Positions 1 through 9,417 of a DNA stretch of 64,000 bases are shown here, one piece after another. The stretch is taken from positions 416,001 to 480,000 of the forward strand of contig CAWIBO010000005.1 of the NCBI GenBank assembly GCA_963834385.1. Direction: 5' to 3'. How positions within the stretch are numbered: position 1 is the first letter of the stretch; each line of letters starts with the position of its first letter. The notes beneath the pieces were generated by a model, which was given only the letters and a program-made list of their open reading frames with translations, did not search any database and was not told where the DNA came from. The stretch is from an uncultured Verrucomicrobiae bacterium (GTDB taxonomy: Bacteria > Verrucomicrobiota > Verrucomicrobiia > Chthoniobacterales > UBA10450). The translations under genes were made by a program, and so were the position numbers.

Positions 1-966
1 GAGAGACCAGAACGGGGTGACCAGGGCAAACAGGACCAGGACGCGCAGGACGGCGCGGACGCCATCGATGGCGTCGTCGGGATGCCGGCCGCGGACCGCC
101 TCGAGCTGGAGCCAGATGCCGAGGCCGGCGAAGAGGATCAGGGAGACCAGGGCGAGGCAGGCGGCGATGACGAAACCGAGCTGCGGAATCGAAATCAGGG
201 CAACGACGACGCCGGCAACGCCGAGGGCGGCGAGGACCTGGCCGCGCGTGCCCGAGCGGAGCGCGGACAACGAGACGCGCAGGAAGGAATGCGGGTTGGG
301 CGGGGAGGGCGGCACCATGACGTAGCGTTTGCGCGCGAGCCAGAGGATGAAGGTGGCGATGAACATGAGCGCGCCGGGAATGCCGAAGGCGACGCTCCCC
401 CCGAGGTGCCGCAGGAAAATCGGCATGAGGAAAGAGGCAAAGAGCGAACCGAAATTGATGATCCAATAGAAGGCATCGAAGACCACTTTGGCCCGATGCT
501 TGTTGCTCTGGTCGAACTGATCGCCGACAAAGGCCGCCACACAGGGCTTGATTCCGCCGGAGCCGAGCGCGATCAGGGCCAGCCCGGTAAAGAAACCGGT
601 GCGGTTGTTCTCGAAGATGGCGAGGCAGGCGTGCCCGGCGCAGTAAACCAGGCTGAGCCAGAGGATGGTGTTGTATTTCCCGAAGAAACGGTCGGCCAGC
701 CAGCCGCCGAGAAGCGGGAAAAAGTAAACGCCGATGACAAAGGTGTGAAAGATATCCTTGGCGGCGGTGGCCCGGTCGCCCTCCGGGAGATAGGTGAGAA
801 GCGACGAGACCAGGAAGACGGTCAGGATGTTACGCATCCCATAAAAGCTGAACCGTTCGCACCCTTCGTTCGCGATGATGTAACGGATCTGCGACGGGAT
901 CGGCGCCTTCGGGTCGGGCGGAAGGCCGGCGCCGGGTGGAATATTCGGGTCGGCGATCTCTTTCAC
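1..966 (-). CDS. POT/PTR2 family proton-dependent oligopeptide transporter (runs off window start)
   Basis: Manual minus-strand translation from GTG at 966 gives IIANEGCERFSFYGMRNILTVFL (ExxERFxxYG POT signature), followed by hydrophobic helices. Missing from the ORF track because there is no stop in the window. Confidence 0.9.
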   Translation of the reverse strand, partial: MKEIADPNIPPGAGLPPDPKAPIPSQIRYIIANEGCERFSFYGMRNILTVFLVSSLLTYLPEGDRATAAKDIFHTFVIGVYFFPLLGGWLADRFFGKYNTILWLSLVYCAGHACLAIFENNRTGFFTGLALIALGSGGIKPCVAAFVGDQFDQSNKHRAKVVFDAFYWIINFGSLFASFLMPIFLRHLGGSVAFGIPGALMFIATFILWLARKRYVMVPPSPPNPHSFLRVSLSALRSGTRGQVLAALGVAGVVVALISIPQLGFVIAACLALVSLILFAGLGIWLQLEAVRGRHPDDAIDGVRAVLRVLVLFALVTPFWSL

Positions 967-1015
967 AGGGGCGAGGGTCGGCAGAAGAGCCGGATCGTGC
1001 AACCCGAAACCGCGT

Positions 1016-2443
1016 TCACGGCGACCGTTTTTCGGCAGCGGGTTCGTGCGGCAGGGTGATATCCAGACCGTCACTGATAAGACGGTAAAGTCCGTGTTCG
1101 TGATCGCGGAAAGCATTTACGCGTCCATCCTGATTGCGCTCGCCGTGGTGAATAAAATAGAGGGCGACGTTGTAGGACGGGAAAAGCAGGCTCAAGGCCG
1201 CCAACACCGGCAAGAGCCGGCGGCGGATCCACCCGCGGGGATCTTCCAGATGATGGAGACTGGCGACGCAGAGGAGCAGCCCGACGAATCCGAAATTGGC
1301 GAAGCGCGTCACATCCCAGGCAACGAAAAGCAGCGGAAGAAACGAGCAGGTGACACCGGCCAGCCCGAGCGCGAGAAACCGGCGTTGCCGGACCATGGCG
1401 GCGCCGAGAGCGACCGGCACGGCCAACCAGAAGAATTTGAAACTGGCAAAGATGCCGAAGAGCACGACACCGGGATGGCGCCAGAGATCAGCTATGAACG
1501 AATCCTGCCCGATTGTTTGGTGCTGCTCGAAAGGAGTCTGCAGTTTGAATTCATGACTGAGCGCGAAGAAAAAGAGATAAAATCCGACGACGGCCAGGCC
1601 CTGCCAGCGTTCGCGTGACGGAAAACAAAAGCAGACCAGCGCGGCCGCCACGACGATGGCGCCGTCAAAGGCGGTCGAGGCAAGGACAATCGAGGCGAGG
1701 CGACCTGCGCCGGTCAGGGGCACGACGGCGGGCAGAAGAAGAAAGATGAAAGCGAAGGTCTCCGGGTAACCCGGCCACTCGATTCCCACCATGATCTGTC
1801 CGCAGGTGGAGAGTGCGAGGACAGTGAGGGCGCCCCGCCCCCACGCGCCCGCCGGGAGCAGCGCGCCCGCGCTTCGGAGGCGGAGGAAATGAACCTGCAG
1901 GCAGAGAAGAAGAAAAACGCTGCCGAGAGACAAGAACCCATACCGGACCAGACCATCAAGCTGCAGCCAGTGCGCCAGGAGCGGCTGCAAAAGACGACGG
2001 TAGAAGAGTTCGTTGCTTTCTGTAAACGGATGCAGGCTCATCCGCGCATAGTCGGTTCCGAGGCCATGCTCGATCTGGAGGGCGCCGCCCGCGGACCAGG
2101 CAACTGGGAAAATCAGGAGACAAAGAAGAGGAAAAATCAGGGCCGCTGCGCCGAGCGAGAGAGCGATCTCTCTCCGGGAGGAACGCACATGGAGGTAAAG
2201 ATCGCGCAGGAGGGGAAGAGCGATTCCGAGCAGGGCGATGACACAAACCAGGCCCCGCACGGTGGCCCAGCCTGCCTCCGAGAACAAACCGGCCGAGGCG
2301 GCCAGACGCGCAGACGGATGGTGGAGCGCCGCGAAGAGCAAAAGGGCGGCAGCCCAGAAGACGAGACCCGCCCGCCTTCCCTCGGGCAGCTCGGGTAACC
2401 GAAGAAACTCGTCCTCGCTGGACAAAATCTTGACGCTACTCAT
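1016..2443 (-). CDS. Polytopic membrane protein, possibly a GT-C fold glycosyltransferase
   Basis: 475 aa with about 10 or more hydrophobic segments; divergent from a GT2 gene. Function is inferred. Confidence 0.55.
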   Translation of the reverse strand: MSSVKILSSEDEFLRLPELPEGRRAGLVFWAAALLLFAALHHPSARLAASAGLFSEAGWATVRGLVCVIALLGIALPLLRDLYLHVRSSRREIALSLGAAALIFPLLCLLIFPVAWSAGGALQIEHGLGTDYARMSLHPFTESNELFYRRLLQPLLAHWLQLDGLVRYGFLSLGSVFLLLCLQVHFLRLRSAGALLPAGAWGRGALTVLALSTCGQIMVGIEWPGYPETFAFIFLLLPAVVPLTGAGRLASIVLASTAFDGAIVVAAALVCFCFPSRERWQGLAVVGFYLFFFALSHEFKLQTPFEQHQTIGQDSFIADLWRHPGVVLFGIFASFKFFWLAVPVALGAAMVRQRRFLALGLAGVTCSFLPLLFVAWDVTRFANFGFVGLLLCVASLHHLEDPRGWIRRRLLPVLAALSLLFPSYNVALYFIHHGERNQDGRVNAFRDHEHGLYRLISDGLDITLPHEPAAEKRSP

Positions 2444-2483
2444 GCGGAGACGAAATCATCCGGGAAAGACAGACCGTCTCGAA

Positions 2484-3296
2484 ATGCCCACTGAAAACTC
2501 CGTCGCCAAGCCGAAGCCGTTCACCAACCGGTGGGGCGCCCTTGACCTGATTGTGCCCGTTCATAATGAGGAGAAATCGATCGCGGAATCCTTGCGGGAA
2601 TTATCGGAGGCGATGGCGAAGCGGGTGGGGGACCAGTATCGCCTGCTGATCTGTGAGGATGGATCAACCGACAAAACCCTGGCCATCGTCAAGCAATTGT
2701 CGTCGGAACTTCCGCTGCTGATCATCACCTCGCGCACACGGAAGGGTTATGCGCGGGCGGTGGCGGATGGTCTCCGGGCTTCCACCGCCGGACTCTGCGC
2801 GGTGGTGGAAGGCGACGGGCAGACCGACCCGGACAGCCTTGGTCTTCTGCTGGAACGCATCGAGGCAAACGATCTCTGCGTGGGCTGGAGAAATCCGCGG
2901 AGCGACAACTTCCTGCGTCGCTTTCTGTCGCGCGCCTACCGCTCCGTTTATCGGATGGTGGTGGGCGTGCCGCTTCTTGATCCCTCCTACGCCTGCATCC
3001 TGGTCCGGCGCGAGGCGCTTCTCCGCATCATGGATCACTTCACCTTTCGTCTGCCCGACGGTTTTTTCTGGGAGTTCAACGCCTGGGCGTGCGCGCTCTC
3101 GCTGCGCACGGTGGAGGTGCCGGTGTTGCACCGGGCCCGGCGCGACGGGCGCACGCGCGTTTTCCGGTTTCGGCGTCTGCCCGCGATTTCCCTCCGCAAC
3201 ATCGTGGGGCTGATCCGTCTGCGCCGCGACCTCCGGCAAACCAGCGGAGCGCCGCTGGTTGCGTCTTTCCCTGATCCCTCCCAGGCGGAAGGGTGA
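2484..3296 (+). CDS. Glycosyltransferase family 2 (polyprenol-phosphate sugar synthase/DPM1-like)
   Basis: IVPVHNEE, EDGSTDKT, GYARAV, EGDGQ and GWR motifs; ATG at 2484 chosen within ORF 2238-3296. Confidence 0.85.
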   Translation: MPTENSVAKPKPFTNRWGALDLIVPVHNEEKSIAESLRELSEAMAKRVGDQYRLLICEDGSTDKTLAIVKQLSSELPLLIITSRTRKGYARAVADGLRASTAGLCAVVEGDGQTDPDSLGLLLERIEANDLCVGWRNPRSDNFLRRFLSRAYRSVYRMVVGVPLLDPSYACILVRREALLRIMDHFTFRLPDGFFWEFNAWACALSLRTVEVPVLHRARRDGRTRVFRFRRLPAISLRNIVGLIRLRRDLRQTSGAPLVASFPDPSQAEG

Positions 3297-3349
3297 TGAG
3301 CCGGAGCCTTCCTTTGGCAACTTTCTGCCATTCCCTATAGTTTGACCTC

Positions 3350-3919
3350 ATGCAGCGGTGGCAAAGAAACTGGCAACGACGTTTTTTGCGCGCCTGGCCG
3401 CGCCGACGCCATCTGCGCGGAAGCCGGCTCCATCGACTGGTCGGCGAAGGTCTTTTCCAGCGTGAACTCTGGGCGCTGACGCGTCGGGGCCTGGCGGAAG
3501 GCCTCGCGGTCGGCCTTTTCATCGGCTGCACGCCCACGATGGGATTTCAAGTGATCCTCGGGGGACTGGCCGCCTATCTCCTGAAAGTAAACATCCCGGT
3601 GACGCTCCTGGCCACGCTGGTAAGCAATCCGCTGAGCGCCCCCATCCTTTACCCGCTCGAGTATCAGCTTGGGGTCTGGATGATCGGCCTGCCGGAAGGG
3701 AAGGATCTCGCCGGGTTCACCGGGGCCATGCGCAGCTTCTTTGGTTATGCCCGGCCGCTCTGGGCGGGTTCCCTCGTCTTTGGCCTGGTGTCCGGCGTCC
3801 TGGGCTACGGCCTCGGCACGCTGGTCTGGTGGAGCCGGAAGTTTTTTCGGCGCCGGCCGGCGCGCGTCACTGCTGGCGCGGTCCGGCGTCCGGAAGAGGA
3901 GCACGCCGGGATTCGCTGA
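3350..3919 (+). CDS. DUF2062 domain membrane protein
   Basis: GLAVGLFIGCTP...SNPLS pattern typical of DUF2062. Confidence 0.8.
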   Translation: MQRWQRNWQRRFLRAWPRRRHLRGSRLHRLVGEGLFQRELWALTRRGLAEGLAVGLFIGCTPTMGFQVILGGLAAYLLKVNIPVTLLATLVSNPLSAPILYPLEYQLGVWMIGLPEGKDLAGFTGAMRSFFGYARPLWAGSLVFGLVSGVLGYGLGTLVWWSRKFFRRRPARVTAGAVRRPEEEHAGIR

Positions 3920-4430
3920 GGAGGCGAGCCCAGCGCGGGCTGTAGGGATGAACGCGGGTGGCGGGCCGGCCCGCCTGCACAAGCGGTCGCCCTTCGTTCG
4001 CCCAGGCAAAGATCGAGCCGGACAAATTGCGGACATCGCGGTAACCGGCCTCCAATAAACGCTCCGCGAGGGCCGCGGAGCGGTATCCGACGGAGCAATA
4101 GGTCACAATGGGACGGTCCTTCGGCAGATCGAGTGTCGCCGGCCGGGCCTCCGGCGAAACCTGGCGGGCGCCGCGAAGATGGCTGACGGCGAATTCCTCC
4201 GCGGTGCGGACATCAAGCAGGAGCGGTTGCGGGCGGCGTTTATCAGCCTGCCACGCGGCCAGCTCCTCCGTGGAAAGCCGGGGCACGCGCGGGAAGTCAT
4301 GGCGCACTTTCCAGTTTACCAGCGCCCATTCGAGGAAGTTGGCCCGGGCGCTCACCGGAAAGAGCACGCCGAGGGAGAGGAGGAAGGCAAAAAGAACTCG
4401 TGTGACCAAGCCAGGACCACGGAAGAACAT
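3867..4430 (-). CDS. Rhodanese-like domain protein, exported
   Basis: LLDVRTAEEFAVSHLRGA, YCSVGYRS, LSGSIFAW; N-terminal hydrophobic segment. The 3' end overlaps the DUF2062 gene end. Confidence 0.85.
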   Translation of the reverse strand: MFFRGPGLVTRVLFAFLLSLGVLFPVSARANFLEWALVNWKVRHDFPRVPRLSTEELAAWQADKRRPQPLLLDVRTAEEFAVSHLRGARQVSPEARPATLDLPKDRPIVTYCSVGYRSAALAERLLEAGYRDVRNLSGSIFAWANEGRPLVQAGRPATRVHPYSPRWARLLSESRRAPLPDAGPRQQ

Positions 4431-4469
4431 CGCCCAATGGAGCGCGCCCGCGTCGAATGTCGAAAGAAT

Positions 4470-4967
4470 CTAGTGGTTTTCGGTCGTCGCGGGCGCGGGA
4501 AGATCCGAGTTCCACATATCGAGACTGGACTTCCAGGTTCCGTCCGCCTGTTTTTGCCAGACCACGAGGAACTTCCCGTTGTCCTGGACCGGTTTCCCGC
4601 CATCCGCCGGAGTGATCGTCACTTCGTAGGTCCCGCTCGTGATCCCCATGTCCCCGGAAGCGGCGACTTCAACCCGTGTCGATTTCCAGCTGATCTTGAA
4701 GCCCGGGATGTTGAACATCTCACTCCAGGTTTTTCGGATCGCCTCTTTCGTGGTGGCGGCCGGTGCGTTCGGCGGCATGACCACGGCGTCTTCGGTATAA
4801 TAGGAAACAACCTTCTCCAGGTCGCCCGAAGCCGCGGCGTCCGACCATTTTGCATTCAATTCTCGCAGGGTCTTTTCGACAGCCACGGTGTCCGCCCCGG
4901 CCGCGGGCAGGGCCGCGAGGACGAGGAGAGCGACGATCGAGCCGAATGAGATTGATCGATTTTTCAT
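4470..4967 (-). CDS. SnoaL/DUF4440 (NTF2-like, YybH family) exported protein
   Basis: Signal peptide from ATG 4967; YTEDAVVMPP, SGDMG and GKFLVVWQKQADGTWK motifs. Confidence 0.85.
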   Translation of the reverse strand: MKNRSISFGSIVALLVLAALPAAGADTVAVEKTLRELNAKWSDAAASGDLEKVVSYYTEDAVVMPPNAPAATTKEAIRKTWSEMFNIPGFKISWKSTRVEVAASGDMGITSGTYEVTITPADGGKPVQDNGKFLVVWQKQADGTWKSSLDMWNSDLPAPATTENH

Positions 4968-5054
4968 CAGGCCATTAAACGTTCGGAGAACCGAAAAGGA
5001 AAAGAAGAAACGGAAGGGGAACTGTAAATATGCGGCGCAGCCGGTGGAAGCATC

Positions 5055-6644
5055 TTGCGAGGCGAGGCGGCCAATCGCCCTCATTTTGCCGATTCAGGTG
5101 CGTTGAACTTCCGCAAACTTCTCCCACGGGCCGTTCTCCCGGCATTTTTTCTTCTCCTATCCTTCAACCTGGCCGAGGCGCAGGTCGGCGTGGTCGAGAT
5201 CACCTTTGAGGTGACACTCCCGGCGAACACCCCGCCGGGAGACAACATTTTCATCGCCGGGAATTTCCAGGGATGGGACCCGGGAGCCACCATGCTTTCC
5301 CGGGACAGCGCCACGCATGCTTCCGGCACGGTCACGGTCACCCAGGGTTCCGCGATGGAGTTCAAATTTACCCGGGGCGACTGGGGACGGGGCGAGAAGG
5401 CGGCGGATTGCAATGAGATCCCGAACCGGCAAGCCACGGCGAACGAGAACAAGACCATTTATTTGACGGTCGCGAACTGGGGCGACATCTGCGTCGCTTT
5501 TTACGACACCCGGGCGCAGAAGATCCGGCTGGAAACGACGGTGCTCGGGGTGCCGAAGGAGTTCTACGTTTACACACCGCCGGGCTACGAACAGTCACCC
5601 ACGCGGCGTTACCCTGTGCTTTATCTCTTCCGCGGGCACGAGAAGGAATGGATCAACAAGTTCGAAGACGGCACCCGCGGGGGGAGGAATGTGATCGACG
5701 TTTATGAGACGCTGCTCGCCGCCGGCGACGTCGGCCCGATGCTGCTCGTGTTCCCGGGCATCAGCAGCAACAACAACGCCATTTCCGGCATGCTCACCAA
5801 CTTCAAGTCGCCGGAGCTGACCTCGGCTCCCGGCATCGGGAACGGCCGCTTTGAGGATTACTTCATCCAGGATGTCATGGGTCATGTGGACGCAAACTTT
5901 CGCACGGTGGCGAACCGGCACGGGCGCGGGGTGGACGGGTTCTCCCTGGGTGGATTCATGAGCGCCAAGATCGCCTCCCAGCATCCGGAACTGTTCAAGA
6001 CCGTCGGGGTTTTCGATGGCACGCATTTCTATGCCGACCTCGACTGCTCGGACGTGGACGGGGTGCGCGATGCCAACACCTTTACCGCGAACGACATGTT
6101 CGACCCGGTCTACGGCGAACCGCGGGATACCGCCTTTGCCGCCCTGAACAATGGGCCAACCCTGGTTTGCAACAGCACACCGGGCCTGATGCAGAGCCTG
6201 CATTGGTTTGTGCAATACGGGCCGCTCAGCGGCGAACCGCTCAGCTCGAACTATCTGCGTGGCGATCATCTCATGGAAAAACTTACGGCCAAGGGCGTGA
6301 CCAACGGGATCACGGCGGTCCTGGAAGGCGGCCACAACTGGGCCACGGCGGATGAACACATGCGGCAGACCCTGCCGCTGCACTGGGAGGTGCTGGGGCC
6401 GGCCACGGTGATTGATCCGCCGCCGTTGCGCGTGACCGGCATCACCATGCTTTCCAATGGCAACGTGACCGTGGAGGGACTCGGACTTCCGTTTGGGGCG
6501 CACACGGTGGAAGCGACCGGCGAAATCACCGGGGAATTTCTGCCCGTGGCCACGATCACGGCGGACAGCAACGGGACACTTCTCTTCGAAGACACCGAAG
6601 CGGCCGGCGTCGATGCGCGTTTCTACCGGCTGACCTATCCCTGA
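5055..6644 (+). CDS. Secreted CBM20-like domain + alpha/beta-hydrolase esterase with C-terminal RFYR-type domain
   Basis: FIAGNFQGWDP...EFKFTRGDW (CBM20-like); YTPPGY...YPVLYL, GFSLGG nucleophile elbow, GGHNW; ends RFYRLTYP. True start may be the TTG near 5103. Confidence 0.8.
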   Translation: MRGEAANRPHFADSGALNFRKLLPRAVLPAFFLLLSFNLAEAQVGVVEITFEVTLPANTPPGDNIFIAGNFQGWDPGATMLSRDSATHASGTVTVTQGSAMEFKFTRGDWGRGEKAADCNEIPNRQATANENKTIYLTVANWGDICVAFYDTRAQKIRLETTVLGVPKEFYVYTPPGYEQSPTRRYPVLYLFRGHEKEWINKFEDGTRGGRNVIDVYETLLAAGDVGPMLLVFPGISSNNNAISGMLTNFKSPELTSAPGIGNGRFEDYFIQDVMGHVDANFRTVANRHGRGVDGFSLGGFMSAKIASQHPELFKTVGVFDGTHFYADLDCSDVDGVRDANTFTANDMFDPVYGEPRDTAFAALNNGPTLVCNSTPGLMQSLHWFVQYGPLSGEPLSSNYLRGDHLMEKLTAKGVTNGITAVLEGGHNWATADEHMRQTLPLHWEVLGPATVIDPPPLRVTGITMLSNGNVTVEGLGLPFGAHTVEATGEITGEFLPVATITADSNGTLLFEDTEAAGVDARFYRLTYP

Positions 6645-6729
6645 ACCGGGCGCGCGGCAGCAGCAGGAACATCGCCCGTTCTTTTTGGAGATTGTCTCCA
6701 TCGGCCTCCCGGTTTATGCCAGCGGGCGG

Positions 6730-9355
6730 ATGTCGCGGAGATCAGCGAAGTTAGATCGCGGCCGGCTCGTTTGTCGGGTGGCGAGGCCACCACGTGTTGA
6801 GCGCAGATGGAAGGGCGTCCTCCTTACGGCCTGTTTGCTTTGGATGGCGGTTTCCGCTGCCGTCGGCGCCACCCAGGCCAGCGACGCCGTGAGGATCGCG
6901 CCGGTTCCTGCATGGGTTGCCGAAACAAGGGTGGAGAAGAACGCGTGGGAAGTTCAGGATTCGGGCGGGGTCGGCCTTGTCCTGATGGATCGACAATTGC
7001 AGGTCGAACCGCGCGAATCATTTCATCGCGAGATCAGGCGCATCACCTCGGAAACCGGGGTCCAGCATGGGGCGGCCTTCAGTGTGACTTTTGATCCGGC
7101 TTATCAGGCCGTGGTTTTTCACGAGATTCTGCTTACACGCAACGGCCGCACCGTTTCGAGGCTGGCGCGTGACCAGATTAAACTTTTCCAGCGGGAACGG
7201 GAGCTGGAACGGTTCATCTACGACGGTTCTTTCACCGCGCAGTACGACGTCCCTGACGTTCGGGTCGGCGATGCGATTCAGTTTTCCTATACCGTTACGG
7301 GGGCCAACCCGGTGAAGGATGGGCGCTGTTCGATCATCTACTGGCTCGATTTTTCCTATCCGGTGGGGCAGAGCTTTCTCCGCATTGTGCACCCGGAGAA
7401 TCGTTCGGTGGCCGTGCGCTTGCTTCCGGAGACCGTGAAAGCGGCGATTTCCACGCGCAACGGGACCACCGAGATCGTGCACCGGGAACAGGGAGTGGCC
7501 GCGCGCCGCTTCGACGGCAATCTGCCCGTCGATTATGATCCCCGCCGCGCCATTCAGATTTCAGAATTTGAGACATGGGCGGAGCTGGCGCGGTGGGGCG
7601 CCGGGTTGTTTGCCCGCGGAGAAGGTTCTCTCTCGGCGGAATTGCAGGCCGAGGTCGGCCGATTGCAGCAGCTCGCCGAACCCGAGGCACAGGTGCTGGA
7701 AGCGTTGCGCTTCGTCCAGGATGAGGTGCGCTACCTTGGTTTCGAGGCAGGTGAGAATTCGCACCGGCCGACGCCTCCGGCCGAGGTTCTGCGTCGCCGC
7801 TTCGGCGACTGCAAGGATAAGACGCTCCTTCTGGCCACGCTCCTGCGAGAGTGCGGAATCGCGGCGGACCCGGCCCTCGTGAGCAACTTTTATCGGAGGA
7901 CGACCCCCGACTACCTGCCGGCTCCCGAATTTTTCGATCACGTTATCCTGCGTGTGCGCGTAAATGGAAAAACGCGCTGGTTGGACGCGACGCGCTCGAA
8001 ACAGCGCGGCCCTCTCTCGCAGATTTATGTGCCGGATTTTGGGCATGCCCTGGTGCTGACGGCGGACACGACCTCGTTGACGACTGGTGACGTCTCCGCG
8101 CGGCGCGCTGCCCAGGAAAAAGATCGTCAACACTTTCAGGATCGGGGCGCCGGGCGGCACCGCCGAGCTCGATGTCATAACCGAGTATCGTGGCGTGGCG
8201 GCCGATCGCCTGCGCGGATCGCTCGCTTCCATCCCTCGGGATGATGTGCAGCGCGATTATCTGAAGTTCTACAGCCGTCGTTTCCCCGGGGCCAAGGTCA
8301 GGAAACCGTTTGTCCTTGAGGAACACCCGGGGGCGAACGCGTGCACGGTCAAAGAGGCCTATCTCCTTCCTGATCTGTGGCATCTTAACGAGAAGGAGAA
8401 GCAGTATTCGCTCACCCTCATGCCGGACGAGCTCGAGGGGGCGCTCGGCCAGGTTCATTCCTCGTCGCGGGATGATCCTCTGGCGGTGGATCATCCGGTT
8501 GATCTGACGGAGGAGATCATCGCGATCATGTTCCAGTCCTGGCATCTGACAGCCAGTTCATCACCGGTGGCCAATGAGTTTTTCCGGTTCACTGAAAGAA
8601 CTGAGGGGCAGGGAAAACGGCTCCGTTTTGCCTACAGCTACAGGACCCTGACTGACCGGGTGCCAGCGGATAAGATCGCCGACTACAACCGCGCGATCTC
8701 CGACATCCGGGATACCCTCGGATATACCCTCGGTTACCGCACGCCCGCGCAGCTCGGACAGTGGTCTGGTCTTGCGAACTTCAACTGGCTCGTCGCGGCG
8801 GCGCTGCTGCCCTTTCTGGGTGTCATCACACTTCTCGCGGGCTTTTTCTTCTTCCTGAGCAAACGCGCTTCCCCGTTGCCGCCGCCTCTGGAGCCCGCAC
8901 TCCAGGGCATTGGCGGTTGGCTGATCCTTCCCCTGCTGGGTTTGATCATCCGGCCTTTTTCCTATCTTTGGGCGATGCTGCAGCTGATCCCATCGGTCTT
9001 TGTGAGCAAGACCTGGCGTTCGCTGACGGATGGCGCCTCCCCGCAGTTTGATGCCCAATGGGCTCCGGCTCTTCTCTTCGAACTTTTCTACAATTCGTTC
9101 GCTCTTATCCTGACGTTCCTCGTGCTGGCGCTCTTTTTCGCCAGGCGGGCGTGGTGGCCTCGTCTTTTCATCGGCTTACTCATCCTCGATGCGATCGCAA
9201 TCCTGACCGACCTTATCTTTGCGATGAATCTACCCGTCGATCCGGGAGTGGTGACCGGCGCACGCGCGCTTCTCGTGGGAGCCGTCGTCGGGGCGGCGAT
9301 CTGGATTCCGTATGTGCTCGTTTCGCGCCGGGTAAAGGCGACATTCCGTTTTTGA
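6730..9355 (+). CDS. DUF3857 + transglutaminase-like + DUF2569 membrane protein (frameshift near 8090)
   Basis: ORFs 6685-8244 and 8087-9355 join into one architecture; catalytic-type GDCKDK, FDHVI and WLD; C-terminal IGGWL...WIPY..SRRVKATF typical of DUF2569. Start uncertain. Confidence 0.8.
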
Positions 9356-9417
9356 GCAGAGATCCGCCCCGTCCCGCCTCGGGGGCGTGTCCACCCGGCA
9401 CCGACAGAACACGCAGT

